Source: an uncultured Gemmatimonadales bacterium (lineage in GTDB: Bacteria > Gemmatimonadota > Gemmatimonadetes > Longimicrobiales > RSA9). From it: DNA of 64,000 nt. Made by a program: the position numbers and the translations under genes. The DNA lies in the NCBI GenBank assembly GCA_963798845.1, contig CAWCUS010000002.1, forward strand, positions 608,001 through 672,000, read 5' to 3'. Positions 1 through 9,758 of the stretch are shown in pieces; position 1 is the first letter of the stretch; each line of letters opens with the position of its first letter. The notes beneath the pieces were generated by a model. It was not told where the DNA came from. It did not search any database and saw nothing but the letters and a program-made list of their open reading frames with translations.

Positions 1-1080
1 GAGCGCTACATCGACTTCGCGGCGAAGAACGGTTTCGGCGGCGTGCTCGCGGAGGGGTGGAACAGGGGGTGGAACGGCGACTGGATCGCCAACGCGGACA
101 GCTTCTCGTTCACGCAGCCCTATCCGGACTACGACCTGAAGGGGATCGCGAAGTACGCGCGGCAGAAGGGCGTTGCGGTGATCGCCCACAACGAGACGTC
201 CATGGGCATCGAGAACTACGAGCGTCAGCTCGAGGATGCCTACACGCTGTACGAGTCGCTGGGCATCCACGCCATCAAGACCGGCTACGTCGGGGACCTC
301 ACGAAGGAGGGGAACGCCCACCATGGGCAGTACATGGTGCGGCACTGGAGGAGGGTGGTCGAGGCCGCGGCGCGGCACCACATCATGCTGGACGTTCACG
401 AGCCGATCAAGGATACGGGCGAGCGCCGGACCTGGCCCAACATGATGACCCGGGAGGGCGCCCGCGGTCAGGAGTACAACGCGTGGGGCGGAGAGGGCGG
501 CAACCCGCCGGAGCACGAGACGATCCTCTTCTTCACCCGCATGCACGCCGGGCCGATGGACTACACCCCGGGCATCTTCGACATACTGATCCAGTCGGCG
601 AACGGCACGCCCCGCAAGCCGGAGGAATCCCGGGTCCGGACCACGTTGGCGAAGCAGCTCGCCGACTACGTCGTCCTGTTCTCGCCGCTCCAGATGGCCG
701 CGGACCTGCCCAAGAACTACGAAGGGAATCCCGCATTCCAGTTCATCAAGGACGTGCCCGTGAACTGGGAGCGGACCAGGGTCCTCAAGGGGAAGATCGG
801 CGACTACGTCGTCGTCGCACGACAGGAACGGGGCGGGCCCGACTGGTACCTGGGCGCGGTCACCGATGAGGACGCGCGCGCGTTCGAGATCCCGCTCGAC
901 TTCCTGGATCCAGGGAGGCAGTACGTGGCCGAGATCTATGCCGACGGCCCCGACGCCGACTGGCTGAGCAACCCGCTGCCGGTGAGCATCACCCGCCACG
1001 ACGTCGGCGCCACCACCCGCCTGACGCTGAAGCTCGCGCCCGGCGGCGGCACCGCCATCCGCTTCAGAGCCCGGAGATAG
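1..1080 (+). CDS. Glycoside hydrolase family 97 (alpha-glucosidase-like), 5'-truncated by window edge
   Basis: Frame is open from base 1 (ERYIDFAAKNGFGGVLAEGWN). GH97-typical motifs HNET, DVHEP, REGARGQEY, GPMDYTPG, SPLQMAAD. Confidence 0.92.
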   Translation, partial: ERYIDFAAKNGFGGVLAEGWNRGWNGDWIANADSFSFTQPYPDYDLKGIAKYARQKGVAVIAHNETSMGIENYERQLEDAYTLYESLGIHAIKTGYVGDLTKEGNAHHGQYMVRHWRRVVEAAARHHIMLDVHEPIKDTGERRTWPNMMTREGARGQEYNAWGGEGGNPPEHETILFFTRMHAGPMDYTPGIFDILIQSANGTPRKPEESRVRTTLAKQLADYVVLFSPLQMAADLPKNYEGNPAFQFIKDVPVNWERTRVLKGKIGDYVVVARQERGGPDWYLGAVTDEDARAFEIPLDFLDPGRQYVAEIYADGPDADWLSNPLPVSITRHDVGATTRLTLKLAPGGGTAIRFRARR

Positions 1081-1264
1081 CTTTCCGCGGCTTCGCGTAT
1101 TCCGAGGTTCTCCGCTCCCTCCGCCGGCTCGCCGCCCGGTTGCCACGGGTTCCCCGCGCCGTCATCTTCCGGCGCGAGCACGGCCGACCGAAGCCCCCGG
1201 CCACGGTCGCGGCGGCGTCCGATGACGGGCGCGGCCATGTGCACCACTGGGGGAGGTCTGCTCG

Positions 1265-2446
1265 ATGAGCACGGGGGAGCTGGGCATCAACAGCAAGCTG
1301 GTCCACGGGACGTATCATCCGGACGCCACGGGCGCGGTGAATGTCCCGATCTATCAGAGCTCCACGTTCGCGTTCCGGAACGCGGTCCACGGGGCCGCGC
1401 TGTTCGCGGGTGAGGACGAGGGGTTCATCTACACGCGCCTCGGAAACCCCACCATCAGGGCGCTGGAAGAGGGTGTGGCGGAGCTGGAAGGTGGGGCCGG
1501 CGGGATCGCCACGGCCTCCGGCATGGCGGCCGTGAGCACGCTCTACATGGCGCTGCTGGGCCAGGGCGCGCACCTGGTGAGCACCGCCTCGGTGTATGGG
1601 CCGAGCCGCGTGGTGATCGACAAGCACTTCTCCCGCTTCGGCGTCTCCGGCTCGTTCGTGGACACGTCCGACCTGGACAACCTGCGCGCCGCAGTCCGCC
1701 CGGAGACACGCCTGGTGTACGTGGAGTCGCCGTCCAACCCTGCGATGCACGTGACGGACATCGCGGGGGCGGCGGAGATCGCCCACGCGGCCGGCGCCCT
1801 GCTCGCGGTCGACAATACGTTCGCCAGCCCGTACCTCCAGAACCCGATCGCGCTCGGCGCCGATATCGTGCTCCACTCCGTGACCAAGTTCATCAACGGT
1901 CACGCGGACGTGGTGGGCGGGATTCTGGTGGCGAGGGAGAAGGACGTCGTGGCGAAGCTCCGGGACGTCATGGTGAACCTGGGCGGGAACATGGACCCGC
2001 ATCAGGCGTTCCTCGTCCTGCGCGGGCTGAAGACGCTGGGGATCCGCATGGAGCGCGCGCAGCAGGGCGCCATGGAGATCGCCTGCTGGCTCGAATCCCA
2101 CCCGAAGGTGGCGTGGGTCCGCTACATCGGGCTCCCCTCGCACCCCCAGCACGATCTCGCGAAGCGGCAGATGCGCGGATCCGGCTCGATGATCGCGTTC
2201 GAGGTGAAGGGGGGGCTGAAGGCCGGCCGGAAGCTCATGGACAGCGTGAAGCTGGCGACGCTGGCCGTCTCGCTCGGGGGCGTGGAGACGCTCATCGAGC
2301 ACCCCGCGTCCATGACCCACGCCTCCATGTCCCCGGAGGCGCGCGCGGCGGCCGGCTTCACGGACGGGCTGGTCCGCTACGCCGTCGGGATCGAGGACGC
2401 CCGGGACCTCATCGAGGACCTGGAGCAGGCGCTGGCGGAAGTGTAG
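1265..2446 (+). CDS. Methionine gamma-lyase / Cys-Met metabolism PLP-dependent enzyme
   Basis: PIYQSSTF, YTRLGNPT, DNTFASP, PLP lysine motif HSVTKFINGH, SLGGVETLIEHPASMTH. GGAGG RBS upstream. Confidence 0.9.
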   Translation: MSTGELGINSKLVHGTYHPDATGAVNVPIYQSSTFAFRNAVHGAALFAGEDEGFIYTRLGNPTIRALEEGVAELEGGAGGIATASGMAAVSTLYMALLGQGAHLVSTASVYGPSRVVIDKHFSRFGVSGSFVDTSDLDNLRAAVRPETRLVYVESPSNPAMHVTDIAGAAEIAHAAGALLAVDNTFASPYLQNPIALGADIVLHSVTKFINGHADVVGGILVAREKDVVAKLRDVMVNLGGNMDPHQAFLVLRGLKTLGIRMERAQQGAMEIACWLESHPKVAWVRYIGLPSHPQHDLAKRQMRGSGSMIAFEVKGGLKAGRKLMDSVKLATLAVSLGGVETLIEHPASMTHASMSPEARAAAGFTDGLVRYAVGIEDARDLIEDLEQALAEV

Positions 2447-2504
2447 GCGACCCGTACCGTGGCACCCTCCTTGCCCATTCTGCGCCGGAAAGGAGGGGGT
2501 TCCC

Positions 2505-2687
2505 ATGGCTACAGCGCTCTACATCGTCGGTTTCATCGTCCTCATCGGCGGCCTCGCCTGGGCCGCTGCCATGGTGGGCGTGCCGAACATATGGATCACC
2601 ATCGGCGTCATCGTCGTGGCCGGGCTGGCCATCATCGGCATCGCCGGCAGCATGCGCCGATCGCCGCCTTCAGAGCGGCTTCCGTGA
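2505..2687 (+). CDS. Small two-TM membrane protein (60 aa)
   Basis: AGGAGGGG RBS, two hydrophobic helices, GC3-rich codons. Confidence 0.7.
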   Translation: MATALYIVGFIVLIGGLAWAAAMVGVPNIWITIGVIVVAGLAIIGIAGSMRRSPPSERLP

Positions 2688-2844
2688 CCTGACGCCGGCG
2701 CTCGGGCGGCTCCCGCGCGAGGGTGCGGGCGGCCGCCCGGTGCACTCGCAAGCCGACGAAGGTCATCGGCCTTCCCGCGCTCGCCTTCGCTGTCGCGCCG
2801 TGCGTCCCTAGATTGATCGGCTACCCGAACCTCAGGAGGCGCCC

Positions 2845-3336
2845 ATGGGCGAGCCCGTGATCCCGCTGGACGAGTTCGACCGGGAGATGGAGGCCACCCG
2901 CAGGCTGATCGAGCGGGTGCCCACGGAGAAAGGCGAGTGGAAGCCGCACGAGCGGTCCTTCCCCCTTGGCCACCTGGCCCAGCTGACGACGTGGCTCGCG
3001 GCGTGGGTCGGCCTCACGCTCCGGGACACCGATTTCGATTTCGCGGAGCACGACTTCCGATACACGTTCGAGCCGACGGACAAGCTGCTCGCGATGCTGG
3101 ACGAGGGGGCGAGCTCGAGCCGCGAGGCGCTGCAGGAGGTCACCGGCCACGATCCGCTCGACGCCACCTGGACGCTTCGCTCCGGCGACGTGGTGCTCTA
3201 CAGCGCGAGCAGGCGCACGGCCGCGCGCATGCACCTGAGCCACCTGATCCACCACCGGGCGCAGCTGACCGTCTACCTTCGTCTGCTGGGCATCCCCGTC
3301 CCCGCCATCTACGGGCCGTCGGCGGACGAACGCTGA
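2845..3336 (+). CDS. DinB/YfiT family protein
   Basis: WKPHERS..LGHLA and HLIHHRAQLTVYLRLLGIPVPAIYGPSAD signatures. AGGAGG RBS. Confidence 0.88.
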   Translation: MGEPVIPLDEFDREMEATRRLIERVPTEKGEWKPHERSFPLGHLAQLTTWLAAWVGLTLRDTDFDFAEHDFRYTFEPTDKLLAMLDEGASSSREALQEVTGHDPLDATWTLRSGDVVLYSASRRTAARMHLSHLIHHRAQLTVYLRLLGIPVPAIYGPSADER

Positions 3337-3452
3337 TCGGCGCGAAGGCGGTGGCGCCGCGGTGCGTACGGGCAGCGTCGACCCCGGCGGCCGGGAGGCG
3401 GGCGCGACCGGGCGCCGACGGTGTCGCCGGATTCCAACTGGGAGGCGTCGTG

Positions 3453-5036
3453 ATGCGAGCGATGGCAGCGGGTGCGCTGGGAATGCTGGCCTGGAGCGCG
3501 GCGTCGCTCTCGGCGCAGGGGGAGGAGCGGGCGGCGTTCGTCATGCAGCTGGGGCGGGACACGTTCGCGGTGGAGAACCTGTCGCGCAGCGCCGGTCGGC
3601 TGGAAACGGAGCTCACCGGGCGCGCGTTGGGTCGCCTGGTGATCCGGGCGGACGAGGGGCCCGGGGCCACGATCCGGGCGCTCACACTGACGGCCTGGCG
3701 GCCGGGCACGCCGCCGGACTCCTCACCCGGCAATCAGGCGAGGATCGTCATGACCGGCGACACGGCCGTGGTCACGTTCTCCATTCCCGCGGGCACGCCC
3801 GCGCAGCGGGTGTCGACGCGTGCGGACGCCGTGCCGTACCTGAACCCGTCGTTCGCCATGATCGAGGAGGTGCTCCGCCACGCGCGGGCCATGGGCGGCG
3901 ACACCGTGGCCGTCCCGCTCTTCTTCATCCAGGGCGGACAGACCGCCCCCGCCACCGTTGCCTGGGGGCCGAACGACTCGGTGGCCGTGACGCTCGGGGG
4001 CACTGCGATCCGCCTCCGCTTCTCCCCCGACGGCCGCATCCTGTCGGGCAGCGTGCCATCGCAGAACCTCACGATCGAACGGGTGGAGGGGGCGCACCTG
4101 GCGCCGATCACAATGGTGCCGCCCGACTACTCCGCGCCCGGGGGGGCGCCGTACACGGCGGACAATGTGCGCGTGCCCACGCCCGCGGGGTTCGAGCTGG
4201 GCGGCACGCTCACGCGTCCCGAGGGGAAGGGTCCGTTCCCGGCGGTGGTGCTCATCACCGGCTCGGGATCGCAGGACCGGGACGAGGCGATCCCGACGAT
4301 CGCCGGCTACCGACCGTTTCGCGACATCGCCGACACACTCTCCCGTCGGGGGATCGCGGTGCTCCGGCTCGACGACCGCGGCTATGGCGCGTCCGGAGGC
4401 GATGCGACCAGCGCCACCAGCGCCGACTTCGCCCAGGACATCCATGCGGCGCTCGGCTGGCTGGGCGCGCAGACGGGGATCGACCCGGACCGGCTCGGGC
4501 TGGTTGGCCACAGCGAGGGCGGGCTGATCGCGCCCATGGTCGCGGCGAGCGATACGGAGATCGCGGCCATTGCGCTGATCGCAGGGCCGGCGCAGACGGG
4601 GCGGGAGATCATCCGCTATCAGCAGCGCTGGGCTGTCGAGCACGATCCTGCCATCCCGCCGGCAGCCCGCGACTCGGCCATGTCGTCGGCAGCGCGGCAG
4701 CTGGAGGAGGTCGCGGCGAGGCAGCCATGGCTCGCCTTCTTCCTGGACTACGACCCGCTCCGCACCGCCCGCGAGGTGAAAGAAACCCCCGTGCTCATCC
4801 TGCAGGGAGGGACCGACCGCCAGATCACGCCGGAGCAGGCGGACGCCCTGGCCACGGCTTTCCGGGCGGGCGGCAACCCGGATGTGACGGTGAGACATTT
4901 CCCGGACCTCGACCACCTCATGCTGCCGGATCCCAGCGGCGACCCCGCCGGCTACGCGTTGCTGCCGAGCCGCCGCCCGAGCCCCGAGCTGCTCGGTGCG
5001 CTCGCCGACTGGCTGGTGGCGCGCCTGGAGCACTAG
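3453..5036 (+). CDS. Secreted alpha/beta-fold hydrolase (S9/S15-like)
   Basis: Signal peptide; GSGSQDRD, RLDDRG, nucleophile GHSEG, QGGTD, DH. Start chosen after GGAGG. Confidence 0.82.
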   Translation: MRAMAAGALGMLAWSAASLSAQGEERAAFVMQLGRDTFAVENLSRSAGRLETELTGRALGRLVIRADEGPGATIRALTLTAWRPGTPPDSSPGNQARIVMTGDTAVVTFSIPAGTPAQRVSTRADAVPYLNPSFAMIEEVLRHARAMGGDTVAVPLFFIQGGQTAPATVAWGPNDSVAVTLGGTAIRLRFSPDGRILSGSVPSQNLTIERVEGAHLAPITMVPPDYSAPGGAPYTADNVRVPTPAGFELGGTLTRPEGKGPFPAVVLITGSGSQDRDEAIPTIAGYRPFRDIADTLSRRGIAVLRLDDRGYGASGGDATSATSADFAQDIHAALGWLGAQTGIDPDRLGLVGHSEGGLIAPMVAASDTEIAAIALIAGPAQTGREIIRYQQRWAVEHDPAIPPAARDSAMSSAARQLEEVAARQPWLAFFLDYDPLRTAREVKETPVLILQGGTDRQITPEQADALATAFRAGGNPDVTVRHFPDLDHLMLPDPSGDPAGYALLPSRRPSPELLGALADWLVARLEH

Positions 5037-5187
5037 TAATCCGCGCGTTCCGGGCACGTTCCCTGGCCGGGTCGGCGGGTCGCCGCGCCCGGGCCCGGAA
5101 TGATCGGAGCCCCCGGTCGCCAGCTCCGGCGGCCGGGGGCTCTCGTGGTTTCGGTGGTCACGCAGCGCGGAGCCGCGCTCGCCCCCG

Positions 5188-7386
5188 TCAGTTCGTCTGG
5201 TCGGCGGCCGTGGTCTGAAGACCGCGGGCCTCGAGCAGCGGCTCGATGCTCGGATCGCGGCCGCGGAAGGCGCGGTACATGGGGCCCGCCTCCTCGGTCC
5301 CGCCCCTGGACAGGATCATGTCGCGGTAACGCTGCCCGTTCTCACGGGTGAGGCCGCCGTTCTCCTTGAACCAGGCGAACGCGTCGTGGTCCAGAACCTC
5401 GCTCCAGATGTAGGCGTAGTACCCGGCCGCGTAGCCGCCCTCCCAGATGTGGGCGAAGTACGTGGTCCGGTAGCGCGGCGGGACCTGCGGCACGTCGAAG
5501 CCCGCATCCTCCAGCGCCTTGGCTTCGAACGCGTCCACATCCTGCTGCGGTGTGTTCGCGGGGAGCGTGTGCCACGCCATGTCCAGCAGGGCCGCCTCCA
5601 GGTATTCCGTGGTGGCGAAGCCCTGATTGAACGTGCCGGCCTTCCTGATCTTGTCCAGGATCGCCTGTGGCATCGGTTCGCCCGTCTGGTAATGGCGCGC
5701 GTAGTGGGCGAAGACCTCCGGCTCCATCGCCCAGTTTTCGTTGAACTGGGACGGGAACTCCACGAAGTCGCGAGGGACGTTGGTCCCCGAGAGCGTGGGA
5801 TAGGTCACGTCCGAGAACATGCCGTGGAGCGCGTGGCCGAACTCGTGGAACATGGTGGTCACGTCGTCGTAGCTCAGAAGCGCGGGCTGGCCCGGCGCAG
5901 GCTTGGCGAAATTCGCCACGTTGAACACCGCCGGCCGGGTGCCCAGCAGCTTCGACTGCCCCACGAATGCGTCCATCCACGCCCCGCCGCTCTTGTTGTC
6001 GCGCTTGAAGTAGTCGCAGTAGAAGAGCGCCAGCGGTGAGCCGTCCGCGTTGAACACCTCGAAGACCCGCACGTCTGGAGCGTAAACCGGGATGTCGTGG
6101 CGCTCCCTGAACGTGATGCCATAGAGCTTGTTGGCGGCGTAGAAGACGCCGTCCTCGAGCACGCGGTTCAGCTCGAAGTACGGCTTGATCTGTGACTCGT
6201 CCAGGTCGTACTTCGCCTTCCGCACCTGCTCGGAGTAGTACTGCCAGTCCCACGGCTGGAGCTCGAAGCCGCCGCCCTGCCGGTCGATCAGCGCCTGCAT
6301 GTCGGCGGCTTCCCGCTTCGCCTTGGCGGTGGCCGCTGGCACCAGCCGCTCCATCAGGCCAATGGCCGCGTCCGGGGTCTTCGCCATCTGGGAGTCGAGG
6401 ACGTAGGCCGCGTAGTCGGCATACCCGAGCAGCCTGGCTCGCTCGGCCCGCTCCTGCGCCAGCCGCTGCACGAGCGACCGGGTGTCGTTCGCGTCTCCCT
6501 GCTCCGTCCGTCGTGTCGACGCCTCGAACAGCCGCTGGCGCACCGAACGATCCTGCAGCGACGCCTGCGCCGGCTGCTGCGTCGTGTTCTGGAGCGGCAG
6601 CACCCACGCGCCGTCCAGGCCGCGCTGCTCGGCCGCGCTGGCCGCGGCGGCGATCTCGGCATCGCTCAAGCCGTCGAGCTGCGCGCGGTCGCGCACCACC
6701 AGGGCCCCGTTCTTCGTGCCGGCGAGGAGGCGGTTCTGGAACTCCGTGGACAGTTTCGACTCTTCCTGGTTCAACGCCCTCAGCGTGTCCTTCTGCGCTT
6801 CGGAGAGCTGTGCGCCGGACCGAACGAAGTCCTTGTAGTACTGGTCCACCAGGCGCCCCTGTTCGGCGTCGAGGCCGAGGGACTCGCGCTGGTCATGGAG
6901 CGTCCGGATGCGGTCGAACAGCTTGCCGTTCAGGTAGATGGCGTCTCTGTGCGCGGCCAGCCTGGGCGCCTCCTCCGTCATCACCGCCTGGAGCGTGTCA
7001 TCGGTGTTGGCTGACGTGATGGAGTAGAAGACCCGCTGGACCCGGTCGAGCAGCGCACCCGATCGTTCCAGCGCCACAATGGTGTTGTCGAACGTGGGCC
7101 CCGCGGTCTGGTTCGCGACGGCCTCCACCTCCGTCAGGTGGCGAGCCATCCCCTCCTCGAGCGCCGGCCTGTAGTCGGCGTCGCGGATGAGGTCGAACCG
7201 CGGCGCCTGGAAGGGCAGCGGGCTCGGCTCGAAGAACGGGTTCTCCCGCGTCGACTGCGAGGCCGGCGCGGCAGCCGGAGCCGCGGCGCTCGGGCCCGCA
7301 GGCGGTGGCGAGGCAGGGGGCGCAGCGGGGGCACAGGCGCCCACCAGCAGCGCAAACGGGATCAGCAGCGATCGTATTCGCGACAT
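5188..7386 (-). CDS. dcp: M3 family peptidyl-dipeptidase Dcp, lipoprotein
   Basis: HEFGH zinc motif, KSGGAWM, DFVEFPSQ, GYAAGYYAYIWSEVLD. Lipobox LLVGAC. Start set at MSRIRS. Confidence 0.9.
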   Translation of the reverse strand: MSRIRSLLIPFALLVGACAPAAPPASPPPAGPSAAAPAAAPASQSTRENPFFEPSPLPFQAPRFDLIRDADYRPALEEGMARHLTEVEAVANQTAGPTFDNTIVALERSGALLDRVQRVFYSITSANTDDTLQAVMTEEAPRLAAHRDAIYLNGKLFDRIRTLHDQRESLGLDAEQGRLVDQYYKDFVRSGAQLSEAQKDTLRALNQEESKLSTEFQNRLLAGTKNGALVVRDRAQLDGLSDAEIAAAASAAEQRGLDGAWVLPLQNTTQQPAQASLQDRSVRQRLFEASTRRTEQGDANDTRSLVQRLAQERAERARLLGYADYAAYVLDSQMAKTPDAAIGLMERLVPAATAKAKREAADMQALIDRQGGGFELQPWDWQYYSEQVRKAKYDLDESQIKPYFELNRVLEDGVFYAANKLYGITFRERHDIPVYAPDVRVFEVFNADGSPLALFYCDYFKRDNKSGGAWMDAFVGQSKLLGTRPAVFNVANFAKPAPGQPALLSYDDVTTMFHEFGHALHGMFSDVTYPTLSGTNVPRDFVEFPSQFNENWAMEPEVFAHYARHYQTGEPMPQAILDKIRKAGTFNQGFATTEYLEAALLDMAWHTLPANTPQQDVDAFEAKALEDAGFDVPQVPPRYRTTYFAHIWEGGYAAGYYAYIWSEVLDHDAFAWFKENGGLTRENGQRYRDMILSRGGTEEAGPMYRAFRGRDPSIEPLLEARGLQTTAADQTN

Positions 7387-7565
7387 GGATGCATCCTCAG
7401 GGTACCGGGCGCGCCGGCGTCGGGCGCGTGCGACTGCGCACCGCGGCCTCGAGCCGCGGCACGGCGGTCGTACTCTACTGCCCCGGTTCGAGTTCCGCAC
7501 TACGGAGGAGCCACCGGGTAGCAAGACCCTGGACGCGCGCACCAGCGTCGGACAGGTTGTCCGGC

Positions 7566-8219
7566 ATGGCCAGTCGCAGCGCTCGCGAGCTGATGGGCAC
7601 CGTCTGGCGTCGCGAAGGCGACAGCGCGGAGCGGTTCTCCTGTCCGACCTGCGGCGTCGAGCGGCCGTGCCACCGCACCAGGCTCCAGCGGCGGATCTCG
7701 ATCCTCGGGCGCCCGCTCTTCCGGATGGGCGGGCCGACCGTGTTCCTCACGTGCGACTATTGCGGCCATGCCTTCGACGCGGCCGCGCTCGCGTCGCCCA
7801 CTCAGGGATCCGGATGCTTCGCCGAGGACGAGGTGGCGCTGGTGTCCATCGTTGCGGCGGTCATTCTCTCCGACGCGGCCGTGCGGGAGGTGGAGAAAGA
7901 GGCGGCCGGAGCGATCCTGCGGCGGTACACGGGAAGAGACCTGACCGACCCCGAGGTCGCGCAGCTGCTGGGCAGTGCCCGCACCGAGTGGGGGGACCCA
8001 ATGCCTCGCCTGGAACGGCTGAGCGGACTGGTGCCCCCGCGCACCCGCCGCAGCCTCGTGGAGGCGGCCTATCTGGTCTGTACCGCCGACGGCGACCTGC
8101 ACAGGCAGGAGAGCCGGCTGCTGGACCGGATCGGGGACGCGCTCGACCTCGGCCCGCGGGAGGTGCGGCGGGCCATCGCTGCCGCCCGCGACGCCCGCCG
8201 CTCCGGAGAGGCGCCGTAG
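7566..8219 (+). CDS. Zinc-ribbon + TerB-like domain protein
   Basis: CPTC...CDYC pair, followed by TerB-like SDAAVREVE and ADGDLHRQE..LLDRIGDALDL. Confidence 0.7.
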   Translation: MASRSARELMGTVWRREGDSAERFSCPTCGVERPCHRTRLQRRISILGRPLFRMGGPTVFLTCDYCGHAFDAAALASPTQGSGCFAEDEVALVSIVAAVILSDAAVREVEKEAAGAILRRYTGRDLTDPEVAQLLGSARTEWGDPMPRLERLSGLVPPRTRRSLVEAAYLVCTADGDLHRQESRLLDRIGDALDLGPREVRRAIAAARDARRSGEAP

Positions 8220-8243
8220 CCGGAGGGATCCTGCCGCGCCCCC

Positions 8244-9560
8244 TCAGTCCCCTTCGTACCAGTCCCAGCGGCCGAGCGGGACTTCGCTGTGCCCGTCGGG
8301 ATGGGGCTTCGCCATGAGCACCTGGGCCAGCGCCTGGCGTCCCGCCTCGAACTCGAGCGCCGCGCCAGCGAATACCAGGTGCCAGGCGCGCCACGTCGCC
8401 TCGCCCGCCTCGGCCGCGGCCTCTTCGTGGTTCTCCTCCAGCCCCGCCACCCAGCGGCGGAGCGTTAGGGCGTAATGCTCCCGCAGGTTTTCCACGTCGC
8501 GCACGTCGAACCCCGCGTTCTCCGCAAAACGAACCGTTTCCCCCACCGGCACCAGCTCGTGGTCGGGGAACACGTAGCGACTGGAGAGCGTGTCGCCGAT
8601 TGCCGAGCCCCGCAGCGGGTTGGCCGTGATCGCGTGGTGGAGATAGCTCCCGCCCGGGCGGAGCAGGCGGTGGATCGCGGCGAAGTAGGCCGGCGCCCGC
8701 TCCCTCCCGACGTGCTCGAACATCCCGACGCTGGCGACGCGGTCGAACGCCTCCGGCTGGTCCAGGGTGCGCCAGTCCCGCACCTCGACGGTGCAGCGGT
8801 CGTCGAGGCCGGCCTCCCGGACTCGCTCGCGCGCGAGCTCCGCCTGGCGCTGGCTGAGCGTGATGCCCAGCGGGCGGGCACCGTACTCGCGGGCGGCGTG
8901 TATGACGAGGGCGCCCCAGCCGCACCCGATGTCGAGCATCCGATCGCCCGGCCGGATGCGGAGCTTGCGGCAGATCAGGTCGATCTTCCTGAGCTGCGCG
9001 GATTCCAGCGGCTCGTCCGCGTCCCGGAACGCGGCGCAGCTGTAGACCATCCTCGGATCCAAAAACAGCGAGTAGAACCGGTTGGACACGTCGTAGTGGT
9101 GCGTTACGGCCGCCCTGTCGCGCGCCACCGTATGCAGGTCACCGCGCAGCTCCGGCGTTCGCGGCGTCGCGTCCGGGGTCCCATTGCCAGGCGCGCTCCG
9201 TCTGCTCCGCGGGAGCCGCAGGACCCGCAAAGCCAGGCGCGCGCGGTCCCGGACGCCAAGCTGCCTGTGGAGGATCGCCTTGCCCACCGATGGCACCGCG
9301 AAGATGTCGCCCTCGATGCCGATCTCGTCGGCCAGGTACGCCTCGACCAGCCGCGCTTCGTCCCCGGCTACGAGCATCCGGCGCAGCGCGCCCGGCGACC
9401 GGATCACGAGCGTGAACGCCGCCTCCGCGGCTCCTTCCGGCGTCCACACGGTGCCGTCCCAGAGCCGGACTGCGAAACCAGGGACGTGCGCCTCGCTGAA
9501 GAGATCGCCCAGGAGAGCCAGGGCGGCGGATGTGGGTGGGGCCGGGGCGACGGTGCTCAT
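8244..9560 (-). CDS. cfa: Cyclopropane-fatty-acyl-phospholipid synthase family methyltransferase
   Basis: HHYDVSNRFY, MVYSCA, LDIGCGWG, SVGMFEHVG, ENLREHYALTL. Confidence 0.9.
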   Translation of the reverse strand: MSTVAPAPPTSAALALLGDLFSEAHVPGFAVRLWDGTVWTPEGAAEAAFTLVIRSPGALRRMLVAGDEARLVEAYLADEIGIEGDIFAVPSVGKAILHRQLGVRDRARLALRVLRLPRSRRSAPGNGTPDATPRTPELRGDLHTVARDRAAVTHHYDVSNRFYSLFLDPRMVYSCAAFRDADEPLESAQLRKIDLICRKLRIRPGDRMLDIGCGWGALVIHAAREYGARPLGITLSQRQAELARERVREAGLDDRCTVEVRDWRTLDQPEAFDRVASVGMFEHVGRERAPAYFAAIHRLLRPGGSYLHHAITANPLRGSAIGDTLSSRYVFPDHELVPVGETVRFAENAGFDVRDVENLREHYALTLRRWVAGLEENHEEAAAEAGEATWRAWHLVFAGAALEFEAGRQALAQVLMAKPHPDGHSEVPLGRWDWYEGD

Positions 9561-9758
9561 GGCGACTCCTCTCTCTGCGTGGACAGGAGCGGCCGGGGCT
9601 GGACGGCGGGCTGAGACCGGCCGTCCGGTGGATCCGGCCGGCGTCAGTCGCATCCAGGATGCGGCCGGATCAGCGCGGGAGCAAGTCGGCTGTCCCCCGT
9701 CGGCCGCGACCCCGGCGGGCCGGACCCGGCGGGCCGGACCCCATGACGTGGCCGACGC

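Noticed and set aside
1081..1264. Canonical SAM-I riboswitch
   Set aside because: Lacks the conserved GCAACC/GUGC core and the expected length; kept only as a low-confidence structured leader.
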